DNA of 42,641 nt from a virus (Duplodnaviria; Caudoviricetes), in the IMG/VR virus record IMGVR_UViG_3300022719_000227, positions 1-42,641 of that record. One strand, 5' to 3'. Every line of letters begins with the position of its first letter. Position 1 is the first letter of the stretch. The notes under the pieces are model-generated. The model saw only the letters and a list, made by a program, of their open reading frames with translations, was not told where the DNA came from and made no database searches. Shown piece after piece: positions 34,253 to 42,641 of the stretch. A program made the position numbers and the translations under genes.

Positions 34253-35227
34253 TTACGGGTCGTCGTCGGGCGGCGGGTTGACGGAGTTGTCGTTGCCGTC
34301 ATCGCCGTCGTTGCTGTTGTCGCTGTTGTCGGAGTTGTCCGAGTTGTCGGACTGGTCGATGGGCCCGTCGCTAGTCGAGCGGCAGCCGGCGCCGATGCAG
34401 CCATCGCGCACGTCGCCGTAGCGGTCGCGGCCGACGTTGTCGCCGATGCGGTCGTCGCCGGTGCGGGTGTCGCGGCCGGCGATGTCGCGCCCGGCGGTAT
34501 CGCCCCGGGTGTCGCCAAAGTTTCCGCCGACGTCGGTGCGGTCGCCGATGTCGCCGCCGGCGATGTCGCGCCCGGCGGTGTCGCCCCGGGTGTCGCCGAG
34601 GTTGCCGCCGACGTCGGTGCGGTCGCCGATGTCGCCGCCGGCGATGTCGCGCCCGGCGGTGTCGCCCCGGGTGTCGCCGAAATTTCCGCCCACGTTGGTT
34701 TCATCGCCGCGGGTGTCGCCGAGGTTGCCGCCGACGTTGGTGCTGTTATCCGTTGCGCCGTAGTTGCCGCCGACGGCGATGCTGTTGTCGACCGGCCCCT
34801 GCACGCGGCCGATCACGCCGCCCAGGGCATCGGTGAGGTCGACCATGTTCTGCCCGCTCTGGTCCACCAGCCAGCCCGCGCCCCAGACCTGCAGGCCGGT
34901 GTTGGCCAGGCTGGCGATGGGCGAGAACGCGCGCGCGAATTCCTCGCCGGGGCTTCTCAGCTGCGGCTGCGGGATGTGCACATCCGGCCGGTTCTGGCCA
35001 CAGGCGAGCATGACGGCGACGCGGCACATGTCCTCGGCGCAGGCGGCCGCGGCCGTGGCGCAGGAACTGGCGTGCTGCTCGGCGGCCGTGCGCTGGGTGA
35101 CCAGCGCCTCGCCGTAGGCCTCCATTGCAAGGCGGTTGGTCTTGGTGGTGCCGCAGCCGGCGAATACGGACGCCGCCAGCAGGCCGACAGCCAGCACGCG
35201 CGTCAGGGATCGGGTTCGGTAGTGCAT
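34253..35227 (-). CDS. Lipoprotein with G/D/R-rich tandem repeats, 324 aa
   Basis: AGGAG RBS, signal peptide with lipobox FAGC; 27-aa repeats GGN(F/L)GDTRGDTAGRDIAGGDIGDRTDV; acidic DNS tail. Confidence 0.8.
   Translation of the reverse strand: MHYRTRSLTRVLAVGLLAASVFAGCGTTKTNRLAMEAYGEALVTQRTAAEQHASSCATAAAACAEDMCRVAVMLACGQNRPDVHIPQPQLRSPGEEFARAFSPIASLANTGLQVWGAGWLVDQSGQNMVDLTDALGGVIGRVQGPVDNSIAVGGNYGATDNSTNVGGNLGDTRGDETNVGGNFGDTRGDTAGRDIAGGDIGDRTDVGGNLGDTRGDTAGRDIAGGDIGDRTDVGGNFGDTRGDTAGRDIAGRDTRTGDDRIGDNVGRDRYGDVRDGCIGAGCRSTSDGPIDQSDNSDNSDNSDNSNDGDDGNDNSVNPPPDDDP
34475..34695. repeat. 81-bp coding tandem repeat, about 2.7 copies
   Basis: Units start at 34475, 34556 and 34637. Confidence 0.9.
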
Positions 35228-35229
35228 GG

Positions 35230-35643
35230 TCAGCTCCTGTTTTCCTCGGCCCGTTCGGCCTCTCGCTTGTTCAGCTCGCCGCAGGCGACGTTGACGAACA
35301 GCTGGATCCAGCCCAGCAGCTCGGCGCGCTCGCGACTCGGGATCCGGTGCGTGCGCAGCGTGGACTCGACCTCGGCCGAGCGCACGCCCTGCCAGACCTG
35401 CCCGCCGAATCCGCCGACGGCGCGCTCCCAGTGACACTGGAGCGCCAAGTCTTTGATCGGCTCGTTTTCCGGCCACAGCGGATGCGGGGCGATCGCATCC
35501 ACTTCGAGGATCTCGGCAATCTGCTCTTCGCTGTATCCATTGCGCCGTAGATCCTCGACCTCCTCACGCGTCCAGCCCGGGGATTCGCTTACCGCGACCC
35601 AGTGGCTGGCTGCTTGCCGGAGGTTTTCGGCTTGAGGTTTCCC
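35230..35643 (-). CDS. -1 frameshift extension (GT; DUF1799-like) via G GGA AAC at 35643-35637
   Basis: X XXY YYZ heptamer in the correct frame; -1 frame is open to 35230 (AENLRQAASHW...LWPEN...WERAVGGFGG). Confidence 0.82.
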   Translation of the reverse strand, partial: GKPQAENLRQAASHWVAVSESPGWTREEVEDLRRNGYSEEQIAEILEVDAIAPHPLWPENEPIKDLALQCHWERAVGGFGGQVWQGVRSAEVESTLRTHRIPSRERAELLGWIQLFVNVACGELNKREAERAEENRS

Positions 35644-35987
35644 CCCAGCACCGCGTTGTAGTACTCCAGCGAGGCCTCGTAGACGAAGCTGGCCTCGTCG
35701 AGCATCGGCTCGACGGCATCTTCCGGGTCCAGCGGCTCGCCGCTGCCGTCGGGCTTGCCGACGCCGTGCACGCCGACCAGGGCGTGGGCGAGCATGTCGC
35801 GGTCCTCGAAGCGCTCGCCTTCGTCTGCGGCGTCTTCGCGCATCTTTCGGACCTGGTCGGCCGGCATGGCGCGGAAATCACAGCGCAGCGTGGCCGAATC
35901 GAACGTGCCGCGCTCGTTGGGCACCTGGAAGGTGACCTTGCGCTGAAACGTGCGGTCCGGATTCGGGGTGAACATCTTTCCTTCCAT
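35589..35987 (-). CDS. Tail assembly chaperone (G)
   Basis: After the tail tube gene; ends just past the slippery site. Confidence 0.85.
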   Translation of the reverse strand: MEGKMFTPNPDRTFQRKVTFQVPNERGTFDSATLRCDFRAMPADQVRKMREDAADEGERFEDRDMLAHALVGVHGVGKPDGSGEPLDPEDAVEPMLDEASFVYEASLEYYNAVLGGNLKPKTSGKQPATGSR

Positions 35988-36060
35988 CGTCGTTTCGCTC
36001 CTTTGCGTTCTGACTGTCGGGGTCGTTCAAATGGCCCCGGGCGACCGGCCCGGGCGCGGC

Positions 36061-37014
36061 TTACTTCACGGTCACGCGGTAGCCGGTGGTCTGGGCGCTG
36101 GTGGAGCTGGCGATGATGCTGCCGCCGAGCTGCAGCGCGACGATGCCGCCCTCGTTCTGCCGGCGCGGCGGGCTGAGTGCCTGCACTTCGCCGGCGTCGA
36201 TCTGGACGATGTTGCCGGCCGTGGTGCCGTGGATGTACTCCAGCGCGCCGATGGTGTCGTTCTGGATCGCGCTGAACCAGTCCCAGTCCGAAATCGAGGG
36301 CTGCTCGATGCTCGCCTGCCAGCTGCTGTTGCGGTCCTGCTGCTCGAGCGATTCCTCCACGGAGGTCTCGTAGAAGTCCACCTGCTGGCCGCCGGTGATC
36401 GTCAGGCTGTGCAGCGCGCGGGTGGCGCCGAACAGACTGAAATCGACATTGGCGGCGCGGAACGGCACCGGCTTGACGAAAGCCGACTGGTCGATCGCGG
36501 GCGTGGCGGTGTCGGTCACGTCCAGGATTAGGCCCAGAAATTCGAACTGGAAATACCCATACTGGCGCTTGCCGAATTCCATCGTCACCGAGCCGCGCGC
36601 GCCGACCACGCGGTGGCGCTGGTCGTCGCCGTGGAAGTAAAACGTACAGGAATCGACGCCGGTGTCGATCGGGTCGTAGTAGATTTCGGTCGGGCTGCCG
36701 CCGGGGTCGTCGCTGTCCTGCACGTGGCCGGCAGCGCGCATCAGTGCATCCCAGGCCGGCACGTCGCCGGCCGCACCCGCACCGGCGACCTCGACCTGCA
36801 GCCGAATGCGCGCGTGCTGACCGACCAGGGTGCCCGGGTCGGCGCCGAACGTGCCCTTGTCGAGCTCGCGCTGCAGCTCCTCGCCTTCGAGCGGGTCGAT
36901 TTCGAGGTTGCGCGAGACCACCGCATTCACGGTGCCGGTCGGCGTGGCGTCGGTGCCGTAGGTGGTTTCGATGGCCGCCAGCAGCACGCGGCGGTTGAAG
37001 CGCTTCTTGGCCAT
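36061..37014 (-). CDS. Major tail tube protein (siphovirus type)
   Basis: LLAAIETTYGTDATP...GARGS motifs; no sheath gene in the genome. Confidence 0.88.
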   Translation of the reverse strand: MAKKRFNRRVLLAAIETTYGTDATPTGTVNAVVSRNLEIDPLEGEELQRELDKGTFGADPGTLVGQHARIRLQVEVAGAGAAGDVPAWDALMRAAGHVQDSDDPGGSPTEIYYDPIDTGVDSCTFYFHGDDQRHRVVGARGSVTMEFGKRQYGYFQFEFLGLILDVTDTATPAIDQSAFVKPVPFRAANVDFSLFGATRALHSLTITGGQQVDFYETSVEESLEQQDRNSSWQASIEQPSISDWDWFSAIQNDTIGALEYIHGTTAGNIVQIDAGEVQALSPPRRQNEGGIVALQLGGSIIASSTSAQTTGYRVTVK

Positions 37015-37017
37015 GGG

Positions 37018-37185
37018 TTACTCCTTGGCGTCCTTGCCCTTGGCCGGCTTCGCGCTCGCCTTCTGGCCGGATTCGGTGGTGGTTGCCTTGCCGGCGGCCG
37101 ATTGCACCTTGCGGTCAATCGGCTTGGCGGGCTTGGTGCGGACCTTGCTCTGCTTGCGCAGCGCGTCCTGGATTTCCTGTTTCAT
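37018..37185 (-). CDS. Small basic protein, 55 aa
   Basis: ATGA-coupled; Lys/Ala-rich. Confidence 0.6.
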   Translation of the reverse strand: MKQEIQDALRKQSKVRTKPAKPIDRKVQSAAGKATTTESGQKASAKPAKGKDAKE

Positions 37186-37619
37186 CGCGGGTCGACTCCG
37201 TAGACGAATTGCCCCAGCACCGACGCGAACGGCGGCGTGGTCTGGGCGCTGTTGGTGATGGACTGGAGGAACAGATCGATCAGCTGCTCGTCTTCGGGCG
37301 CCTCTCGGGCCAGACGCTCGATATCGGCAATCATTTCGGCCTCGGCGGCGTCGATGGCCGGGCCGGGGTCTTCGCCCGGCAGCAGCTTCTCGGCGTAGAT
37401 CCAGACAGTGCGGCGCGAGAGGTCGCCGGGGCGGTATTCGTAGCCGTAGCCGGTCAGCGGGCCCAGCAGCACGGTGTAGACGCCGTCGCGCTGCTGGCGG
37501 TCGCCGTGGTGCTTGAGGTCCTGGAAATGGCGCGTGACGAGCGCGGTGCTGACAATGGATGCCAGCAGCGTGACGATGGCGTCGGCGACGGCTTCCCAGT
37601 CGGTGTAGGCGCCATTCAT
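37182..37619 (-). CDS. Tail terminator/completion protein
   Basis: Size and synteny before the tail tube gene. Confidence 0.65.
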   Translation of the reverse strand: MNGAYTDWEAVADAIVTLLASIVSTALVTRHFQDLKHHGDRQQRDGVYTVLLGPLTGYGYEYRPGDLSRRTVWIYAEKLLPGEDPGPAIDAAEAEMIADIERLAREAPEDEQLIDLFLQSITNSAQTTPPFASVLGQFVYGVDPR

Positions 37620-38098
37620 GACAGCGCCCGCTCGGTGGCGCGCCGGGCCGCGGCGGGCAGCAGCGCTTCGAGCCGGTCGATGCTGGTCTGGCGGGCCGGT
37701 TCCATGTACGGCTGCGGCTTGGTGCCGCGGCGTGAAATGGCCCGCGCAATCAGCCAGGCCAGATCCTCGATTGTCATCGGGGTTCGGGGCTGGATCCGCT
37801 TGGTCTCGATCCAGCGGCGGATGATGTCGATTGGAGGCAGGCGCTGGGGCGGGCTGCCCTTCTCTCGATACTCCGCGTGCGGCGCGTCAGCGATGATTCG
37901 GTGAAACCCCAGGCCGATCTGCTCGTTGCGGATACTGTTGGTCAGCTCGCTGAACGCCTTCGGCGCCTCGCGCTTGGCCTCCCGCGCGCCTTCGATGGCG
38001 ACGCGGCCGATGACGCGGTCGACCTCTTCCATCACCACGTCCGGCGCCCGCCGCATGGCGGCGATGAATCGCGGCATCGTGTGGCGGTAGCGAATCAC
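37616..38098 (-). CDS. HK97 gp10-like neck/tail completion protein
   Basis: AKREAPK...LTNSI...AEYREKG...RGTKPQPYMEPA. Confidence 0.85.
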   Translation of the reverse strand: MIRYRHTMPRFIAAMRRAPDVVMEEVDRVIGRVAIEGAREAKREAPKAFSELTNSIRNEQIGLGFHRIIADAPHAEYREKGSPPQRLPPIDIIRRWIETKRIQPRTPMTIEDLAWLIARAISRRGTKPQPYMEPARQTSIDRLEALLPAAARRATERALS

Positions 38099-38991
38099 GC
38101 GCCGGTTCCCGTTCGGCGGTCGAATTCGGCGATCAGCGCGTCGAACAGGCCGCGGGCGGTCATGTCCTTGCTCTGCGCCATCTGGATCTTGGTCTCGCTA
38201 GGGCGGCCGACGTTCTGGATGGCCATTTCGCGCGCGGCTTCGGCCTGGGCGCGCAGCAGCAGCAGCTCGCGGTCGTTTTCGCGGTCGAGCTCGATGTCGT
38301 CTGCGGGGTCGCCGGTCCAGTAGCCGGCGGCGTAGTAGAACGTGTACTCGGCGCCGAGCTGGGTGATCTGGTGGCGCGTCGGCGCCGGCAGCAGCCGCAG
38401 CGTGACGGTGGCTGCGTCGCGATGGATGCGGTGGCGCGGCAACGGGCCGGGATAGCGGTCGTCCCAGGGCTCGATGCCGTGTGCCGCGCCCCACAGCGCG
38501 GCGTTGATGCGAATCAGGTCGGCCGGCGCGGTGTATTCGGCCTGGTCGGCGACCAGGTCCACCGAGCCGATCAGCGTGCGGCCCCGGCGCTCGGCCAGCG
38601 CGGCCGTGGCGGCGAGCGTGAAGCGCTTGAAATCGTCGTCCGGGTCGGCGTCCGTGCCTTCGAACCGAGTCGCAGCCGTATGCAGGCTGCTGACCAGGTC
38701 GTCGCGGAAATCGCTGAAGGTGACCGGCATCTCAGTCCTCGGCAGATACGTGTCGGGGTCGTTGTACGGCCGGTACAGGTCGCGGCGAAGCTGCTTGATT
38801 TCCTGCCGCGCTTCGTCCAGCGAAACGCGCAGGTAGCTGATTTCGGTTTCGAGCACGCGCAGCGTGCCGTAGCCGACGACCATTCCGGAGATCCCGGCCG
38901 AGAACAGCGTCACGACCACCATCTCGATCAGGCGCGGGCCGCTCATCAGCCCGCGCGGCTGGTTCGGTGAATTGCGCTCGCCGTTGCTCAT
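38095..38991 (-). CDS. Head-tail adaptor (from ATG 38730) fused in frame to an upstream 87-aa TM/coiled-coil ORF
   Basis: Internal GAGG RBS before MPVTFSDF; N-terminal part has a TM helix and coiled coil. Confidence 0.65.
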   Translation of the reverse strand: MSNGERNSPNQPRGLMSGPRLIEMVVVTLFSAGISGMVVGYGTLRVLETEISYLRVSLDEARQEIKQLRRDLYRPYNDPDTYLPRTEMPVTFSDFRDDLVSSLHTAATRFEGTDADPDDDFKRFTLAATAALAERRGRTLIGSVDLVADQAEYTAPADLIRINAALWGAAHGIEPWDDRYPGPLPRHRIHRDAATVTLRLLPAPTRHQITQLGAEYTFYYAAGYWTGDPADDIELDRENDRELLLLRAQAEAAREMAIQNVGRPSETKIQMAQSKDMTARGLFDALIAEFDRRTGTGA

Positions 38992-39350
38992 TCACGCGCT
39001 TCGGTTTCGGATTTGGTTTGGGTCCCTTCCGCATCAGCCGCGGCTTCGGCCCGGCGCAGCGCTTCTTCCTCGAAGGCTTCTTCCAGCCCCGAGCGCGACT
39101 TGCCGTCGGCCTCGGCCTGGCGCAGGCGGTCGAAGTCCTCGTCGGAAAGGTCGGGCAGCCGGGGCACGATGTTCTTGATGGAGTCGTCGAGGATCTCCAG
39201 CACCGGATCGCTCGGCGGCGGCGCCGGCGCGGCCTTGGCCTCGTACCCCGGGATCATGGTCTGCTCGACCGACCGCGTCTGCCCGGGGGCGATGCGCTTG
39301 CCGCCGATGGATACCGGGCGGTCGAGGTTGTTCGTGTACGGCACCTGCAT
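38988..39350 (-). CDS. Head-associated protein, 120 aa
   Basis: After the capsid gene; AGGAG RBS; C-terminal helical AEADGKSRSGL motif. Confidence 0.7.
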   Translation of the reverse strand: MQVPYTNNLDRPVSIGGKRIAPGQTRSVEQTMIPGYEAKAAPAPPPSDPVLEILDDSIKNIVPRLPDLSDEDFDRLRQAEADGKSRSGLEEAFEEEALRRAEAAADAEGTQTKSETEARE

Positions 39351-39372
39351 ATCGTTCTCCTGGCTTCAAGAG

Positions 39373-39397
39373 CGCCCGCCGGCTGCACCGGCGGGCG
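39373..39397 (-). terminator. 10-bp GC hairpin after the capsid gene (attenuator or mRNA stabiliser)
   Basis: CGCCCGCCGG-N5-CCGGCGGGCG; weak U-tract. Confidence 0.5.
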
Positions 39398-39432
39398 TCG
39401 TGCGTTGTCCTGCTACTCAGCGGCGCCCGGGA

Positions 39433-42135
39433 TCAGGCCCGGTCGTCGCTGTCGAACAGCAGCACCGAGTGCATGCGTCCGCGCAGCGGAATCGGCACGT
39501 GGATGGCGCTGTATTCCTCGCCGTAGGCCACCTTCTCGCCCGTGGGCTGGCCAGAGGCGTTCACGGCCTCGAACGGCTGGCTGATGAGCTGGAACGGCTT
39601 GGCCTGCACGTAGCTGAGCTGGCCGCGGATACCCATCAGCACGCGCTCGTCGCCCAGGTCCACGTTCGGGGCGTTGGTGCTCCAGGAATCGATGCCCTTG
39701 ACCCGCTCGAGGTCGCCCATCGGGTCGGCGCTGTTGCCTTCGCGGCGCGCCTGCGCCTCGAACTGCCGCGCATTGGTGATGGTGTCGTTGAGCACCGGGC
39801 TCATGAGGTTGAAGTTCGGCTCCACGAACCGCTCGGACCGCAGCAGCGCCTTCGCCGACCCGATGGCCCGAAGCGTGCCGTTGAGGTGGTCTTCCAGCGC
39901 GGTGTCGGCCGGCAGCTTGATGTCGAACTTGGTCACGTTGGTCGCGTGGCTGTAGCTGACCGTGGCCGTGGCCTCGTTTGGCGTCACCGGCGCACCAGCC
40001 TCGTCGACGAACTGGATCTGGCCCAGGTTGAGGTTGTACGGGCGCCAGTAGGTGCCGGCCGACTGCGTGCCGGAGCCGTCCCAGCGCTCCACCGCGCTGC
40101 CGAAAGCGACCGTGATCGGGTTTTCCGCCGAGCCGACCGCGTTACCCTTCAGGTCACGGGTCTGGAACGGCCGCACGACCGGGAAGTTGGCCAGGTTGAC
40201 GATGCTGGCGCTGCCGTCGAGCGCGGCGGAGATGTCCTCGCTGGTGACGTCGGTGGCCTGGAAGCTGTCGGCCACGCGCTGCAGCTCGTTGGCAATGCGG
40301 CGCGCCAGCAGCTCGCGCATGTGGCGGCTGTTGCTGGCCACGTTGCGGCCCCAGGCATCCCAGTTGATGCCGGACTGACGGGTGAAGTGCATCACCTCGT
40401 TGGTGAGCTTCATCGCCAGCTTCATCGGCAGGATGTAGGCCAGGTCCATTTTCTGCTCGACCCCCGAAGCCGGGATGCCCTGGCCCTCGTAGACGACGCC
40501 GTCGTTGAGGATGTCGTTGACGCTGTCGCGCACCTCGTAGGGAATCTGCGTGGTGGCCGTGGCGCCGAAATCCGTCAGCGTCTGCACCAGCTCGAGCACG
40601 CGCAGGTCGGAAAGCGCCTCGCGGATGACCTCGCGCTGGAAGCTCACGGGCAGATCGGTGCGCCCGGTGTCCACTTCGCCGGCCAGCAGAATGCGGCGCT
40701 CCTGTTCCAGCCGCGGCGCGTTGAGCCGGTCGAACTCGGCGAGCACGCGCTGGCAGAACGGATTTTCCTCCTTGGCCTGCCGCAGCTCGCCATTGGCGGC
40801 CTTGCTGGTCTTGGCCAGGTTCTCCCGGATGGCGCCCGAGAGCTGCTTGATGTTGTTGGCATCGTCGATCGTGATGCCCGGCGACCCGGCGCGCGTGTCC
40901 GGGTAGCCCAGCGCGGAGAGTTGCTGTGCGGCGGCCATCTGGTTGGCCTGCGAGACCTGGAACTCGGCCAGCTTGCGCACCGACTCCTCGGGCATTTCCG
41001 GCGTGATCAGGTCCGAGACCTGCTCGGTGAGCTGCTTCTTGGTCTCGTCGGAGAGGTTCTCCGCGCCGTCGATGGTGTCGCTGAGGATCTTCTTGCGCGC
41101 GTCCAGACTCTCGGTGAGCTTGCGCTTCTCGGCCGCGGCCTTTTCCTCGGCCGCGGCGAGCTGCTTGGCGACGATGCCGGCAACGGCCTCCTCGCTGAGC
41201 TGCTTCGGCGCGTCGCCGTCGGCGTTGCCGCCGCCGTCACCGGCGCCGGGCTCGACCTTGGGCAGGTCGATCGACAGCTTGATTTCCTTGTCGCCGACCG
41301 ATTCGGCCAACGTCTTGCCGGTGGCGACGAACTGCTCGGCCAGCGACTTCAGCGCGGCGTTGTCCTCGCCCAGGCGCTTCGCGGCGGCCTTGGCCGACTC
41401 GCAAAGCTGTTTGACCACGGCCTTGCTCAGGCCCAGCTCGGTGAGCTTGCGCTCGAGATCTTTCAACCAGTCCATTTTGATGGTCTCCACGTGTTCGGAT
41501 AGCTGCCGCCGGAGCTGCGGGTGCATCAGCACGCGCGCATCGGCGGGAGCAAAGGATTCGGTGAGTTCAACGGGGTCGAGACGCTTGACGAAAGGCCGCG
41601 TAGTGAGCGCGGCGCCGAACAGCAGCGGGCCATGGAATTCCCCGGTTTCGGGGTCTTCGTAGTCGTCGGTGAAATCCACGGAGAAGTAGCGAAAGCCCTT
41701 CTCCTGCACCTGTTTGATGCCCCAGTCGGTCCACTCGACCCGGGCCCGCAGGCGATTGCCCTCGATCGAGAGCTCCATGATTTCACCGGCCGCACCTTCA
41801 TCGGGCATGTGCCCGACATCGATGAACAACCGCTGGCCGTAGGTGTTGGCCTCGAAGTTCTCGATCATCCGCCGGAGCATGTCCTGCGAGATCTCGAACT
41901 TGCCGTAGATGCCGTGCTTCCACTCGCCCGTGCGGGTCAGGGTGACCCAGGTCGAGCGCTTCTCGTCGTCGAGCTGGAAGCCCTCCGGCAAACCGCTGAG
42001 AAAGAGCACATTCCCGCGGTGTGCGGTTCCCTCGTTCAGCCGCAGCCGCCGGCCCGGGAGACCCACGGGGGCGCTTCGGCTCAGAAAGCGTCCCGGCCGG
42101 AGCCGGGACGAACGAGAGGTACTTCGCAACTTCAC
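39433..42135 (-). CDS. Mu gpI-like protease + scaffold + major capsid fusion, 900 aa
   Basis: IDVGH, AAGEI, VEWT, FRYFS, GAALTTRPFV (Mu-like protease); helical scaffold; capsid-like C-terminal half; no other capsid gene seen. Confidence 0.85.
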   Translation of the reverse strand: MKLRSTSRSSRLRPGRFLSRSAPVGLPGRRLRLNEGTAHRGNVLFLSGLPEGFQLDDEKRSTWVTLTRTGEWKHGIYGKFEISQDMLRRMIENFEANTYGQRLFIDVGHMPDEGAAGEIMELSIEGNRLRARVEWTDWGIKQVQEKGFRYFSVDFTDDYEDPETGEFHGPLLFGAALTTRPFVKRLDPVELTESFAPADARVLMHPQLRRQLSEHVETIKMDWLKDLERKLTELGLSKAVVKQLCESAKAAAKRLGEDNAALKSLAEQFVATGKTLAESVGDKEIKLSIDLPKVEPGAGDGGGNADGDAPKQLSEEAVAGIVAKQLAAAEEKAAAEKRKLTESLDARKKILSDTIDGAENLSDETKKQLTEQVSDLITPEMPEESVRKLAEFQVSQANQMAAAQQLSALGYPDTRAGSPGITIDDANNIKQLSGAIRENLAKTSKAANGELRQAKEENPFCQRVLAEFDRLNAPRLEQERRILLAGEVDTGRTDLPVSFQREVIREALSDLRVLELVQTLTDFGATATTQIPYEVRDSVNDILNDGVVYEGQGIPASGVEQKMDLAYILPMKLAMKLTNEVMHFTRQSGINWDAWGRNVASNSRHMRELLARRIANELQRVADSFQATDVTSEDISAALDGSASIVNLANFPVVRPFQTRDLKGNAVGSAENPITVAFGSAVERWDGSGTQSAGTYWRPYNLNLGQIQFVDEAGAPVTPNEATATVSYSHATNVTKFDIKLPADTALEDHLNGTLRAIGSAKALLRSERFVEPNFNLMSPVLNDTITNARQFEAQARREGNSADPMGDLERVKGIDSWSTNAPNVDLGDERVLMGIRGQLSYVQAKPFQLISQPFEAVNASGQPTGEKVAYGEEYSAIHVPIPLRGRMHSVLLFDSDDRA

Positions 42136-42167
42136 GTCGCTGGCCCTGTGTTGACCTGCAGGTGCAG

Positions 42168-42203
42168 ACGCTACGGGCCTCGCGCGCTCCGATCTATGGA
42201 AAA
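42168..42203 (-). promoter_or_regulatory. Putative late promoter TTTTCCAT-N22-TAGCGT
   Basis: Matches the element upstream of terS. Confidence 0.55.
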
Positions 42204-42215
42204 TCAGGCGCGCAC

Positions 42216-42243
42216 AAAAAAGCCCCGGCGGGCCGGGGCTTTT
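42216..42243 (-). terminator. Rho-independent (bidirectional) terminator after the HTH gene
   Basis: AAAAAAGCCCCGG-CGGG-CCGGGGCTTTT. Confidence 0.9.
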
Positions 42244-42263
42244 CTTGGCCGTCGCTGGGATCT

Positions 42264-42467
42264 CTAGCCCGTCAACCTCTTATTCGCGCACCACCAGCTG
42301 GAAGCCGGCATGCTCCGCTCGCCGCGCTCCCATTTCCGCCAGGCGCTGAGCGATGCGAAGGCGGCATCCGCGCAGACCTGCTGCGCTTCCATAACGCTCA
42401 GCTTGCGGCGACGCTGCAGGCGGGCGCGCAGGTCGCGGACCTGCTGTGGTTCGGGGTGCTTACTCAT
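42264..42467 (-). CDS. Small HTH protein, 67 aa (Aca-like)
   Basis: PQQVRDLR...QQVCADAAFASLSAWRKWERGERSMP; last gene of the operon driven from 1128-1156. Confidence 0.75.
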   Translation of the reverse strand: MSKHPEPQQVRDLRARLQRRRKLSVMEAQQVCADAAFASLSAWRKWERGERSMPASSWWCANKRLTG

Positions 42468-42514
42468 CCCCGATCGCTCGCAGCCACGCCCAGGCGATAC
42501 ACCGCTCGAAATCA
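42460..42514 (-). CDS. 3' end of the wrap-around 158-aa hypothetical protein
   Basis: In-frame continuation of 422-1; TAA at 42462-42460 overlaps the start of the HTH gene. Confidence 0.78.
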
Positions 42515-42641
42515 CCCAACCAGTGCATCGCGTCGGTGTGCTCGAGCGCGCCTTCGTCCAGTGCGGCGGCGACCCAGGGCTCCGGAGGACAGTCCTCGGG
42601 ATCCGTCGCCACCGGCAACCGGCCCCACCGGTGCAAATTGC
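42515..42641. repeat. Second copy of the 127-nt terminal overlap
   Basis: Identical to 1-127. Confidence 0.97.

Noticed and set aside
34430-34760. Tandem repeats as the missing CRISPR array
   Set aside because: The 81-bp units are contiguous with no unique spacers, keep frame and vary at synonymous positions inside a lipoprotein gene
42515-42641. Biological direct terminal repeat
   Set aside because: Exactly 127 nt (a common assembler k-mer overlap) and falls mid-ORF; best read as a circularity artefact
1-42641. Transposable (true Mu-type) phage
   Set aside because: No DDE transposase or MuB-like gene; the genome is circular with a serine integrase and a primase-helicase

Overview
The window is a complete, circular temperate phage genome of about 42.5 kb, with positions 42515-42641 duplicating 1-127. 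It is GC-rich and almost all genes lie on the - strand. It has Mu-like head genes (gpF-like protein, protease-scaffold-capsid fusion, Mor-like activator) but no transposase. It also carries a siphovirus-type tail with a G/GT frameshift, an endolysin-spanin cassette, a primase-helicase with an adjacent iteron/DnaA-box origin, a repressor/RHH switch and three site-specific recombinases. One of these is a large serine integrase whose likely attP lies inside its own 3' end and mimics a tRNA 3' end. The main highlight sits between gpF and the protease gene. It is an array-less type IV-B CRISPR-Cas module (Com-like Zn ribbon, apparent Cas11-Csf2 fusion, Csf1, CysH-like protein with an altered PP-loop, Csf3) translationally coupled to the late packaging operon. 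Immediately after it comes a separately promoted acr-aca-like operon (acidic protein with an AcrIC4-like C-terminus, an unknown protein, and a small HTH). All family assignments come from motif recognition by eye; no database searches were run.
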